Of a stretch of 64,000 nucleotides of DNA, positions 1 through 9,600 are shown in pieces (within the stretch, counting starts at the first letter, position 1; every line of letters begins with the position of its first letter). Where the stretch lies: positions 129,518,001-129,582,000 of the forward strand of contig OZ024742.1 of NCBI GenBank assembly GCA_964016885.1, written 5' to 3'. The position numbers were made by a program, and so were the translations under genes. Under the pieces are notes generated by a model, which worked only from the letters and a program-made list of their open reading frames with translations, was not told the DNA's origin and ran no database searches. Origin of the DNA: Eledone cirrhosa. Its lineage: Eukaryota.

Positions 1-197
1 AGGCCAACCTTTGTGGAACCTAGTTTTAGAAATACTGTTCTATATACATACACATATTATAGAGCAGGTGTAATAGAAGGCCAACCTTTGTGGAACCTAG
101 TTTTAGAAATACTGTTCTATATACATACACATATTATAGAGCAGGTGTAATAGAAGGCCCCACCTTTGTGGAACCTAGTTTTAGAAATACTGTTCTA
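1..197. repeat. 77-bp tandem minisatellite, left part (about 2.5 units; probably continues upstream of the window)
   Basis: Unit AGGCCAACCTTTGTGGAACCTAGTTTTAGAAATACTGTTCTATATACATACACATATTATAGAGCAGGTGTAATAGA starts at 1, 78 and 155; the third copy breaks after ...ACTGTTCTA at 197. Confidence 0.97.
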
Positions 198-237
198 AAA
201 CAAAAAAAAACAAAAACAACAACAACAACAAAAACCA

Positions 238-460
238 ATGACTGTGTCTTCCTCTACCATTGTTACTGAACAACGGCAAAAACCTATGACACTGGCTTCT
301 GCTGCTATTCCTGTGGGAGAACATCAGAAACAACAACAACAACCCATGTCTTCCGCTCCCAGTACATCTCGACACCAACAACCTGCGACTGTGTCTTCCC
401 CTACCATTCCCGTGGAGAAACATCATCATCACCAACAACAACGACAGCAACAGCAACAGC

Positions 461-495
<35 letters not shown>

Positions 496-828
496 CCGAC
501 CAGTACAGATTTTGCAGAATTGCAACTAATGATTTCTGCTTTAAGAAGGGAAGTAACAGGAATAAAGGCAAGCATTTGGGTAGGACCCCGCAATGAGGGG
601 TCTTATCAGAATGCCTTGCTAAAGAATCTCCCTGTACCTCTTGCCGTATCTTGCCACACTGAGAAGACTGCGGAATCAGCTACCCATGAAGTAATTGCCA
701 TTGGGGTACCAGAGGACAAGGCTGATCTTCAGGCATTTGCTGCCAGCTCAGCCAAAGACCTAGGCTGTGTTTCCCCAAAGGGTGCTCTCCGCCTTGGTCG
801 ACCTAGAATGCGCAGAACTCATTGCTGA
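238..828 (+). pseudogene. Probable ORF1 remnant of the LINE (Gln-rich repeats, coiled-coil-like stretch, RRM-like segment)
   Basis: The in-frame upstream CAA run reads QQQQQKPM, like the internal repeats QRQKPM and QQQQQPM, so the ATG at 238 is probably internal. DFAELQLMISALRREVTGIK is heptad-like. VIAIGVPE...DLG...LRLGRP resembles the GVPE...RLG pattern of CR1/L2 ORF1 proteins (from family knowledge, not a search). Confidence 0.6.
433..495 (+). repeat. (CAA/CAG)n trinucleotide repeat encoding polyQ
   Basis: Directly visible; preceded by (CAT)3CAC. Confidence 0.95.
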
Positions 829-2424
829 GTGCTATGCAAGTATTTTTACTGTTGAAAACCAGAATGTACCATCTCCACAATCTCTAACATCAAATTCCAT
901 AACAACTATGGAATTTACACCTGCAATGTTGCGACGTCACCTTAAGAATAAACGCAACTATGCCTCCCCTGGTCTTGATGGTGTTACATACCTGCTTCTC
1001 AAACGTGGCGGGTATTTCCTTTTGCGCCAGCTTTCTTTCTTCTTTCAATACTGTCTCAACAATGGTGCTACTCTGGAGCAGTGGAAAACTACCAGTGTCA
1101 TTCCCCTGTTCAAAAAGGGCAACCGCATGTCACCTGTCAACTATCGTCCAGTCAGTCTTACTAGCTGTATGGCCAAACTGATGGAATCCTGTGTCAGAGA
1201 AACACTTTGGAACTTCTGGAGCTCTCACAGCCTCATCCGGCCCTCACAGTTTGGATTTATCCCTAACTCCAGCTGCTGTGATCAGCTTATCGAATTCCTT
1301 GAAGACATCACCCGAATCACTGACAGCGGCTCATGGATGGATGTTGTTTACCTTGACTTTGCTAAGGCTTTTAATTCTGTGCCACACAAAAGACTTATGG
1401 CAAAACTCTCTGCAATGGGTGTGAGGGATGATCTTTTTGACTGGTTGAAATCCTTCATTCTCAGCCGAAAAGAAGTAGTCACGGTTCTAGGACAGCATTC
1501 TTCACCATATGAGATGTCATCTGGTGTACCACAGGGATCTGTTCTTGGTCCCCTTTTGTTTGTGGCATATATTAATGACATAGATGCCAACTTACAGAAT
1601 GCCACAGTACTGAAATATGCAGATGACATCAAGCTGTACCTTGAAATCAAAAAGACTGATCCTGAAATCTACAACTCTTTTCTACAATCAGACCTGGACA
1701 CAATGCAGCAATGGATCACAGACTGGCAACTGAAGCTGGCTGTGGACAAGTGTACCACCATGCATTTTAGGAGGAAAAATCCAGCGTCCACATACTCCCT
1801 CCACAACGCTGATATCAAGAAGTCCTCTTGTGAACGTGACCTGGGCATTACTGTCAGCAGCGATTTGCATTGGACAAAGCATGTCTCTAAGATTGTCAAG
1901 AAGGCTGAGGGTGTCTTGGCATCACTCAGCAAGACCTTTGTTAGCCGCTCTCCAGCCATCTATTTAAAACTGTATACAGCTATGGTACAACCACACTTGG
2001 AATTCGCATCATCAGTCTGGAACCTCTATCTTGCTCAGAACATGGACCTCCTGGAAACTGTTCAGAGACGTGCAACCAAGCGCATACCCTCCATCAGATA
2101 CCATACTCTGAACGCCTTGCTTCCCTGGGCATGGATTCATTGAAGCTCCGATGTCTGGCAATGGACTTGGTAAATACCCACAAAGTTATTAACCATCTCG
2201 CCAATTGCAACCCTGAGCACCTTTTTGATCTCCATGTGTCTAACACACGTGGACACGCCTACAAAATCAGAAAACAGCACAGTTCCCATGACTTTCGTAG
2301 ACATTTTTTCACGCTCAGAGTTGCTGAAGCATGGAACAAACTGCCTGCGTCAGTTGTTAGCTGCCGAGACACTGCATCCTTTAAGACACTCATGCTTCCC
2401 GAAATATGCCAAAACTACACCTGA
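767..2424 (+). pseudogene. LINE ORF2 reverse transcriptase and C-terminal domain, lacking the APE endonuclease, one frameshift near 2100
   Basis: Motifs SPGLDG, PLFKKG, NYRPVSLTS, QFGF, DVVYLDFAKAFNSVPH, GVPQGSVLGPLLF, YADD (1616-1627), ERDLGI, VQRRATK. From 2101 the frame of ORF 2131..2424 reads PYSERLASLGMDSLKLR...NTRGHAYKI...FFTLRVAEAWNKLP, a typical CR1-type C-terminus. Confidence 0.93.
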
Positions 2425-2573
2425 TGTACCCCTTCCATACACATGCACACATGTGTGTATCATGACTCATGCACTGTTCATTTTCTTGATGTTTATACAT
2501 TACTCTATGTACTATACATACATTTTTTGATGAGTTGTAGTGCACCAGAGCACTGTACACAATATTTCATTAT
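2425..2573 (+). other. LINE 3' UTR and short (TAT)n-type tail
   Basis: Follows the ORF2 stop at 2424; contains GTGCACCAGAGCAC (possible terminal stem-loop) and ends in CATTAT at the junction with the minisatellite. Confidence 0.7.
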
Positions 2574-3007
2574 TATATACATACACATATTATAGAGCAG
2601 GTGTAATAGAAGGCCCCACCTTTGTGGAACCTAGTTTTAGAAATACTGTTCTATATACATACACATATTATAGAGCAGGTGTAATAGGCCAACCTTTGTG
2701 GAACCTAGTTTTAGAAATACTGTTCTATATACATACACATATTATAGAGCAGGTCTAATAGAAGGCCAATCTTTGTGGAACCTAGTTTTAGAAATACTGT
2801 TCTATATACATACACATATTATAGAGCAGGTCTAATAGAAGGCCCCACCTTTGTGGAACCTAGTTTTAGAAATACTGTTCTATATACATACACATATTAT
2901 AGAGCAGGTCTAATAGAAGGCTAACCTTTGTGGAACCTTGTTTTAGGAATACTGTTCTATATACATACACATATTATAGAGCAGGTGTAATAGAAGGCTA
3001 ACCTTTG
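2574..3007. repeat. 77-bp tandem minisatellite, right part (about 5.6 units)
   Basis: Resumes with TATATACATACACATATTATAGAGCAGG; unit starts at 2611, 2686, 2763, 2840, 2918 and 2995; ends at ...AACCTTTG about 3007. Confidence 0.97.
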
Positions 3008-3072
3008 GAGTTGATAAACAAGGGACTAGGACTTTATAATAACATAACATTGGTGTAGTGTATACGATCTCT

Positions 3073-3132
3073 TCCTCCTCCTCCTCCTCCTCCTCCTCAG
3101 AAGAAGAAGAAGAAGAAGAAGAAGAAGAAGAA
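3073..3132. repeat. Compound microsatellite, (TCC)~9 directly followed by (AGA)~11
   Basis: Directly visible at 3073-3098 and 3099-3132. Confidence 0.95.
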
Positions 3133-3631
3133 ACTATTGCACTAGAGTTGAATTTCCACTGCAGTGCTATATTGACATGACAAAATAATTTCTTTCATGT
3201 TGTGGATAAATATTTTTGCACTAATTTCGAGTTGTACCTGTCTGGCAGGTGACTTGATCTGATACCGAGTGTTGAAACTAAAACATTTACACCATAAAAG
3301 AGTCATTTTAAGCATTTAAAAACACAGAAAGCTGTTAATCTTAATATATATCATATTTATAATTTACTTCTTGGTGTGAAAATTCTCGAATATCAGTGGA
3401 ACTTTGTTGGTAGCCAGGTTGTAAAAGTGTGATGAAAATTCTGACACTAAGAAATAAATGATTTAAAAAAAGTGAACAATTTCGTTTGTGTTTCTTTTAA
3501 CTGAAATTAATTTTTCCACGCTGAAAATACTGTTTTTGACCAACATCTTAGAAATTAGCAGCTTAGTGGTCTAAGGGAGATAATCCAGAGTTAACTTCAT
3601 TGACTATGGAAATATTCAACATTAATTTTTA

Positions 3632-3771
3632 AATGGTTTCTAATTTCGGTACAAAGCCAGCAATTTTGGGTGGAGGGGTGAGTCGATTAAATTGACTCCA
3701 GTGTGTTACTGGTACTTTATTTTATCGACCCCGTAAAAATAAGAGGCAAAGCTAACCTCGGCGGGATTTGA
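3632..3771 (-). mobile_element. tRNA-derived SINE fragment (3' part and core, cut at the B box)
   Basis: Shares ACTGGTACTTTATTTTATCGACCCCG...GGCAAAG.TAACCTCGGCGGGATTTGA with the copies at 5577, 6081 and 6455; stops abruptly at GATTTGA (3771). Confidence 0.85.
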
Positions 3772-5099
3772 GGAGATAGGAGAACAAGTCTGGCATTTCT
3801 ACGTAAAACTCATAAGTAGACCATCCAAACTGGGTGACTTATCGGCCTTTCACAACACTCAGCGTCGGCTGGGGAGAGTTGCGGGTGGCTGTCGAGGTAG
3901 GAACTGAAGTCCGCTACTGTCTCCGTCCCCCATCATTCTCGAACGGTCATGCAAAGTGCTGGCGAAAGGCCGCACACATCTGCCTGGAATTGTTCAGCAC
4001 GCGTTCATCGCGGACCCATCGAACAGCTTTCATTCTCTCTCTTTTTTTTTTAGTGCATGCACCTTAGCTCTGACAATGCAACTTAGTGTTTGGCATTGAA
4101 GAAATAGTCTAATGCCATTCTCGCCGCTACAAATAACCTTGTCTAATTTAGTTACTAGCTCCCCCTCATTTCTATTTTTTCCTAACGCTATTTCTTTACT
4201 AAATCCTATCGTCATTACTCATGTCTCTCTCTTGAGAGTCCCCCACCACCTGGTGTTGACGACTCCTCCTGTCAACTTATACTTAACTAAAGTGGTGAGC
4301 CGGTCACTGAACGCTTTACGTGCCATGAACATGTTCAGCTTCCAGTAACCAGGTCCTAACCTACGTGTCCTATCTAAGTCGACCATTCAGATCACAATTA
4401 TGTGATCTGAATAAGCGACTGTTTGAAAATGTGAACAACCTATACTATCCGTGTCTACTGACCTGATGAAAAAAAAACTTATCTATATATGATCTAGATG
4501 ACCCTATGTGGTTGACCCAAGCCTACATTGGCGCATTAGGGAAATCTAGTCGATATCTGTCAGACAGTTGGAACTGGCTGATCAGGTACTTGAGGCTTTT
4601 GTACCCTCCACCCCTACACACACTCCTATCAGATACTTACACACAACCCCAGCGTGCGTCTAGGATGCCATTCCAGTCTCCCACTAATAGTAAGAGCGAG
4701 ACGTTCTTAGAAAAACTTCCAGGCGTCTAAAGAAGTCCGGCTGTCGTACCCCAGTAGGGGCGTAGACGGCCACCAGTCTAAAGTTACCACTTTTGCTATT
4801 GCTCACATCCAAGATCACCAACTTACCATCCGGGTCCAGTAAGATCGACCTTACCTCGAAATCCAGGCCTTTCCTAAAAACACTGCCACTCCACCTCCCA
4901 TTCCTGGCCGACTAAGGGATGTAAAGATCTGATAGTCGTCGAAAATGGGGGCTAGTGCGTGTATGTTGGAAATCCAGGTCTCGTTAACGATAGCCACATC
5001 CATATCTAGTAACCTGACGTGATTCAGCAAGCGACCCTGCTTCCAGGACGACCCCAGGCGGCGACGAACATTTAAACATCCCACTCTTAAGATGGCCAT
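3772..5099 (-). pseudogene. Degenerate Tx1/L1-clade LINE ORF2: APE endonuclease and linker, truncated at the start of the RT
   Basis: Minus-strand translation across stops and frameshifts gives MAILRVGCLNVR, NETW, GGGVAV, DPDGKLVILDV, LVAVYAP (about 4760), LLVGDWNGILD (GDWN 4670-4681), SYID, YSDH (4402-4410), GPGYWKLN (4333-4356, L1/Tx1 hallmark), and KSPSLDGL..YEFY (about 3800-3840). Confidence 0.9.
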
Positions 5100-5576
5100 G
5101 TTGGCAGACTAAAAGAGAGAAGAAAGGTCTACTTACCTCCCTAGGGCTTGTGGAGGTGGGGTGGTTCGTCTCTCATGATTGGTGGGGTTTCCTTTAAAAG
5201 CTGACTCGAGGCTTTCACACTAGTGGTCCCCACGTCGTTGGGAAGCTCTCTCTAATGTTTTTATATGTGTTTATTGTCATTGGCACCATCAACAGTATTT
5301 TGGGGGCTTTGAAGGTGCAGGTGCCAAAAATTTCCCCCTCATGTTACAAGGGCCATGAGATTTTGTTTCTCATTCTTAGTAATACGAAATTGGGTGTTTC
5401 TGTTGGTGTTAATACCTAAATATCTTTCCTTTTGTGGGGCATGAGTTGCCGTTGTGTCTGTGACGTTAGGGGTGGTTGTGTTTTTGTTGGAGGTTGTGGT
5501 GTTGGTTTTGTTGTTGGTCTGTATGTGTTTACTGTGTGTGCTGTTTTGTTTTTTGTGCTTTCGTTTTGGTAATAAT

Positions 5577-5757
5577 TGTTTCTACTTTTTGCACAAGGCC
5601 AGCAATTATCCCAGTGTATTACTGGTACTTTATTTTATCGAACCCCGCAAGGATGAAAGGCAAAGTTAACCTCGGTGGGATTTGAACTCAGACCATAAAG
5701 GGCCGTAATTATATGCTGCACAGCATGTCGTCCGACCCTCTACCGATACTGCCAATC
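5577..5757 (-). mobile_element. tRNA-derived SINE (Nin/Deu-like core) with 10-bp TSD
   Basis: Minus strand has A-box-like TGGCAGTATCGG, B-box-like GAGTTCAAATCC and core GCCTTTCATCCTT.CGGGGTTCGATAAAA..AGTACCAG. Flanked by TGGTAATAAT at 5567-5576 and 5758-5767. Confidence 0.88.
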
Positions 5758-5899
5758 TGGTAATAATAATTATTGTTTATTTTTATTTGCCACAAGGATC
5801 AACAAAAGGGGGACAATACAAAGACAGGGACAGTTGGGCTTTACAACAATAATGGCTTCTATATTAGCCACAGAGAAAATGGGAGGGGTAGGAGGGTAA

Positions 5900-6012
<113 letters not shown>

Positions 6013-6043
6013 AATTAACCCAGGTATTTATTCAAAGACCTCG

Positions 6044-6385
6044 AAATAATTGTTTCTATTTTTGGCACAAGGCCTTGAAATAATTGTATCTACTTTTGGC
6101 ACAAGGCCATAAATTAACCAGTGCATTACTGGTACTTTATTTTATCGACCCCGTAAGGATGAAAGGCAAAGTTAACCTCGGCGGGATTTGAACTCAGATC
6201 ATACAGGGAGGTAACTCTATGCGTCAAAGCATGGCGTCCGACCCTCTACCGATACTGCCAATCCACAAGGCCTTGAAACAATGAAAGGCAAAGTTGACCT
6301 CGGCGGTATTTGAACTCAAAGTACAGTGAGCCGGAACAAATACCAGCCCATTTAATCCGGCGTTCCAACGACTTTACCAATTCGC
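6044..6385 (-). mobile_element. Older, diverged SINE copy split by a nested younger SINE
   Basis: 3' tail piece at 6044-6080 (AAATAATTGTTTCTATTTTTGGCACAAGGCC), continuing at 6264-6385 (ATGAAAGGCAAAGTTGACCTCGGCGGTATTTGAACTC...CCAATTCGC). Confidence 0.75.
6081..6266 (-). mobile_element. tRNA-derived SINE nested within another SINE
   Basis: Nearly identical to 6455-6648; flanked by CACAAGGCCTTGAAA at 6066-6080 and 6264-6278. Confidence 0.88.
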
Positions 6386-6454
6386 AGGAAATATGCTGCT
6401 GAATGATGTAAGGGAGATAATCCTGACATGTTTACAAAAAAGAATACGAAAGAA

Positions 6455-6648
6455 AAATAATTGTTTCTACTTTTGGTACAAGGCCAGCAATTATCACAGT
6501 GTATTACTGGTACTATATTTTATCGACCCCGTAAGGATGAAAGGCAAAGTTAACCTCGGCGGGATTTGAACTCAGATCATACAGGGAGGTAACTCTATTC
6601 GTCAAAGCATGGCGTCCGACCCTCTACCGATACTGCCAATCCACCGCC
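6455..6648 (-). mobile_element. Apparently full-length tRNA-derived SINE
   Basis: Minus strand begins GGCGGTGGATTGGCAGTATCGGTAGAG (A box), then CTGAGTTCAAATCCCGCCGAGG (B box), core GCCTTTCATCCTTACGGGGTCGATAAAA, and tail ...GAAACAATTATT. Possible TSD AAAATAAT at 6454-6461 and 6651-6658. Confidence 0.9.
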
Positions 6649-6670
6649 ATAAAATAATATGGACGTTGTT

Positions 6671-9600
6671 TTGCCTCCCCGCCTTCTCATGTCCAAACAC
6701 ATTCTATTTGTGACTGTTCTATCTCTCTTTCTTTCATTGCCCCCCCCCCTCCCCCCGCGCCTTCTCATGTCCAAACACATTCTATTTGTGACTGTTCTAT
6801 CTCTCTTTCTTTCATTGCCCCCCCCCTTCTTATGTCCAAAGACATTCTATTTGTGACTGTTCTATCTCTCTTTCTTTCATTGCCCCCCCCTTCTTATGTC
6901 CAAACACATTCTATTTGTGACTGTTCTATCTCTCTTTCTTTCATTGCCCCCCCCCTTCTTATGTCCAAAGACATTCTATTTGTGACTGTTCTATCTCTCT
7001 TTCTTTCATTGCCCCCCCCCTTCTTATGTCCAAAGACATTCTATTTGTGACTGTTCTATCTCTCTTTCTTTCATTGCCCCCCCCCCTTCTTATGTCCAAA
7101 CACATTCTATTTGTGACTGTTCTATCTCTCTTTCTTTCATTGCCCCCCCCCCCCTTCTTATGTCCAAACACATTCTATTTGTGACTGTTCTATCTCTCTT
7201 TCTTTCATTGCCCCCCCCCCTTCTTATGTCCAAAGACATTCTATTTGTGACTGTTCTATCTCTCTTTCTTTCATTGCCCCCCCCCCCTTCTTATGTCCAA
7301 ACACATTCTATTTGTGACTGTTCTATCTCTCTTTCTTTCATTGCCCCCCCCCCTTCTTATGTCCAAACACATTCTATTTGTGACTGTTCTATCTCTCTTT
7401 CTTTCATTGCCCCCCCCCTTCTTATGTCCAAACACATTCTATTTGTGACTGTTCTATCTCTCTTTCTTTCATTGCCCCCCCCCCTTCTTATGTCCAAAGA
7501 CATTCTATTTGTGACTGTTCTATCTCTCTTTCTTTCATTGCCCCCCCCCCCCCTTCTTATGTCCAAACACATTCTATTTGTGACTGTTCTATCTCTCTTT
7601 CTTTCATTGCCCCCCCCCTTCTTATGTCCAAACACATTCTATTTGTGACTGTTCTATCTCTCTTTCTTTCATTGCCCCCCCCCTTCTTATGTCCAAAGAC
7701 ATTCTATTTGTGACTGTTCTATCTCTCTTTCTTTCATTGCCCCCCCCCCTTCTTATGTCCAAAGACATTCTATTTGTGACTGTTCTATCTCTCTTTCTTT
7801 CATTGCCTCCCCGCCTTCTCATGTCCAAAGACATTCTATTTGTGACTGTTCTATCTCTCTTTCTTTCATTGCCCCCCCCCCCTTCTTATGTCCAAACACA
7901 TTCTATTTGTGACTGTTCTATCTCTCTTTCTTTCATTGCCCCCCCCCTTCTTATGTCCAAACACATTCTATTTGTGACTGTTCTATCTCTCTTTCTTTCA
8001 TTGCCTCCCCGCCTTCTTATGTCCAAAGACATTCTATTTGTGACTGTTCTATCTCTCTTTCTTTCATTGCCTCCCCGCCTTCTTATGTCCAAAGACATTC
8101 TATTTGTGACTGTTCTATCTCTCTTTCTTTCATTGCCCCCCCCCCTTCTTATGTCCAAATACATTCTATTTGTGACTGTTCTATCTCTCTTTCTTTCATT
8201 GCCTCCCCGCCTTCTTATGTCCAAAGACATTCTATTTGTGACTGTTCTATCTCTCTTTCTTTCATTGCCTCCCCGCCTTCTTATGTCCAAAGACATTCTA
8301 TTTGTGACTGTTCTATCTCTCTTTCTTTCATTGCCCCCCCCCCTTCTTATGTCCAAATACATTCTATTTGTGACTGTTCTATCTCTCTTTCTTTCATTGC
8401 CTCCCCGCCTTCTTATGTCCAAAGACATTCTATTTGTGACTGTTCTATCTCTCTTTCTTTCATTGCCTCCCCGCCTTCTCATGTCCAAAGACATTCTATT
8501 TGTGACTGTTCTATCTCTCTTTCTTTCATTGCCCCCCCCCCTTCTTATGTCCAAACACATTCTATTTGTGACTGTTCTATCTCTCTTTCTTTCATTGCCC
8601 CCCCCCCCTTCTTATGTCCAAACACATTCTATTTGTGACTGTTCTATCTCTCTTTCTTTCATTGCCTCCCCGCCTTCTTATGTCCAAAGACATTCTATTT
8701 GTGACTGTTCTATCTCTCTTTCTTTCATTGCCTCCCCGCCTTCTTATGTCCAAAGACATTCTATTTGTGACTGTTCTATCTCTCTTTCTTTCATTGCCCC
8801 CCCCCCCTTCTTATGTCCAAATACATTCTATTTGTGACTGTTCTATCTCTCTTTCTTTCATTGCCTCCCCGCCTTCTCATGTCCAAACACATTCTATTTG
8901 TGACTGTTCTATCTCTCTTTCTTTCATTGCCCCCCCCCCCTTCTTATGTCCAAAGACATTCTATTTGTGACTGTTCTATCTCTCTTTCTTTCATTGCCCC
9001 CCCCCCTTCTTATGTCCAAAGACATTCTATTTGTGACTGTTCTATCTCTCTTTCTTTCATTGCCTCCCCGCCTTCTTATGTCCAAACACATTCTATTTGT
9101 GACTGTTCTATCTCTCTTTCTTTCATTGCCTCCCCGCCTTCTCATGTCCAAAGACATTCTATTTGTGACTGTTCTATCTCTCTTTCTTTCATTGCCTCCC
9201 CGCCTTCTTATGTCCAAACACATTCTATTTGTGACTGTTCTATCTCTCTTTCTTTCATTGCCTCCCCGCCTTCTTATGTCCAAACACATTCTATTTGTGA
9301 CTGTTCTATCTCTCTTTCTTTCATTGCCTCCCCGCCTTCTTATGTCCAAACACATTCTATTTGTGACTGTTCTATCTCTCTTTCTTTCATTGCCTCCCCG
9401 CCTTCTCATGTCCAACACATTCTATTTGTGACTGTTCTATCTCTCTTTCTTTCATTGCCCCCCCCCCCTTCTTATGTCCAAAGACATTCTATTTGTGACT
9501 GTTCTATCTCTCTTTCTTTCATTGCCTCCCCGCCTTCTTATGTCCAAACACATTCTATTTGTGACTGTTCTATCTCTCTTTCTTTCATTGCCTCCCCCCC

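Larger units (their letters stand above)
198..2573 (+). mobile_element. Non-LTR retrotransposon (CR1/L2-group LINE), 5'-truncated and internally deleted, inserted in the 77-bp minisatellite
   Basis: Contains a polyQ/ORF1-like remnant, an RT with non-LTR motifs, a CR1-type C-terminus, and a 3' UTR ending ...CACAATATTTCATTAT(TAT). The minisatellite resumes in phase on the right. Confidence 0.9.

Noticed and set aside
181-525. Minus-strand poly-Leu ORF resembling a signal or membrane peptide
   Set aside because: It is the antisense reading of the CAA/CAG repeats.
1-3007. RT flanked by direct repeats read as an LTR/Penelope element, retron, DGR or CRISPR-associated RT
   Set aside because: The flanks are one tandem minisatellite split in phase, not terminal repeats; the RT and its C-terminus are of ordinary CR1-group non-LTR type.
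6455-6648. tRNA gene
   Set aside because: A and B boxes are present, but the head continues into a SINE core and tail, occurs in several diverged copies with TSDs, and I could not fold a cloverleaf.
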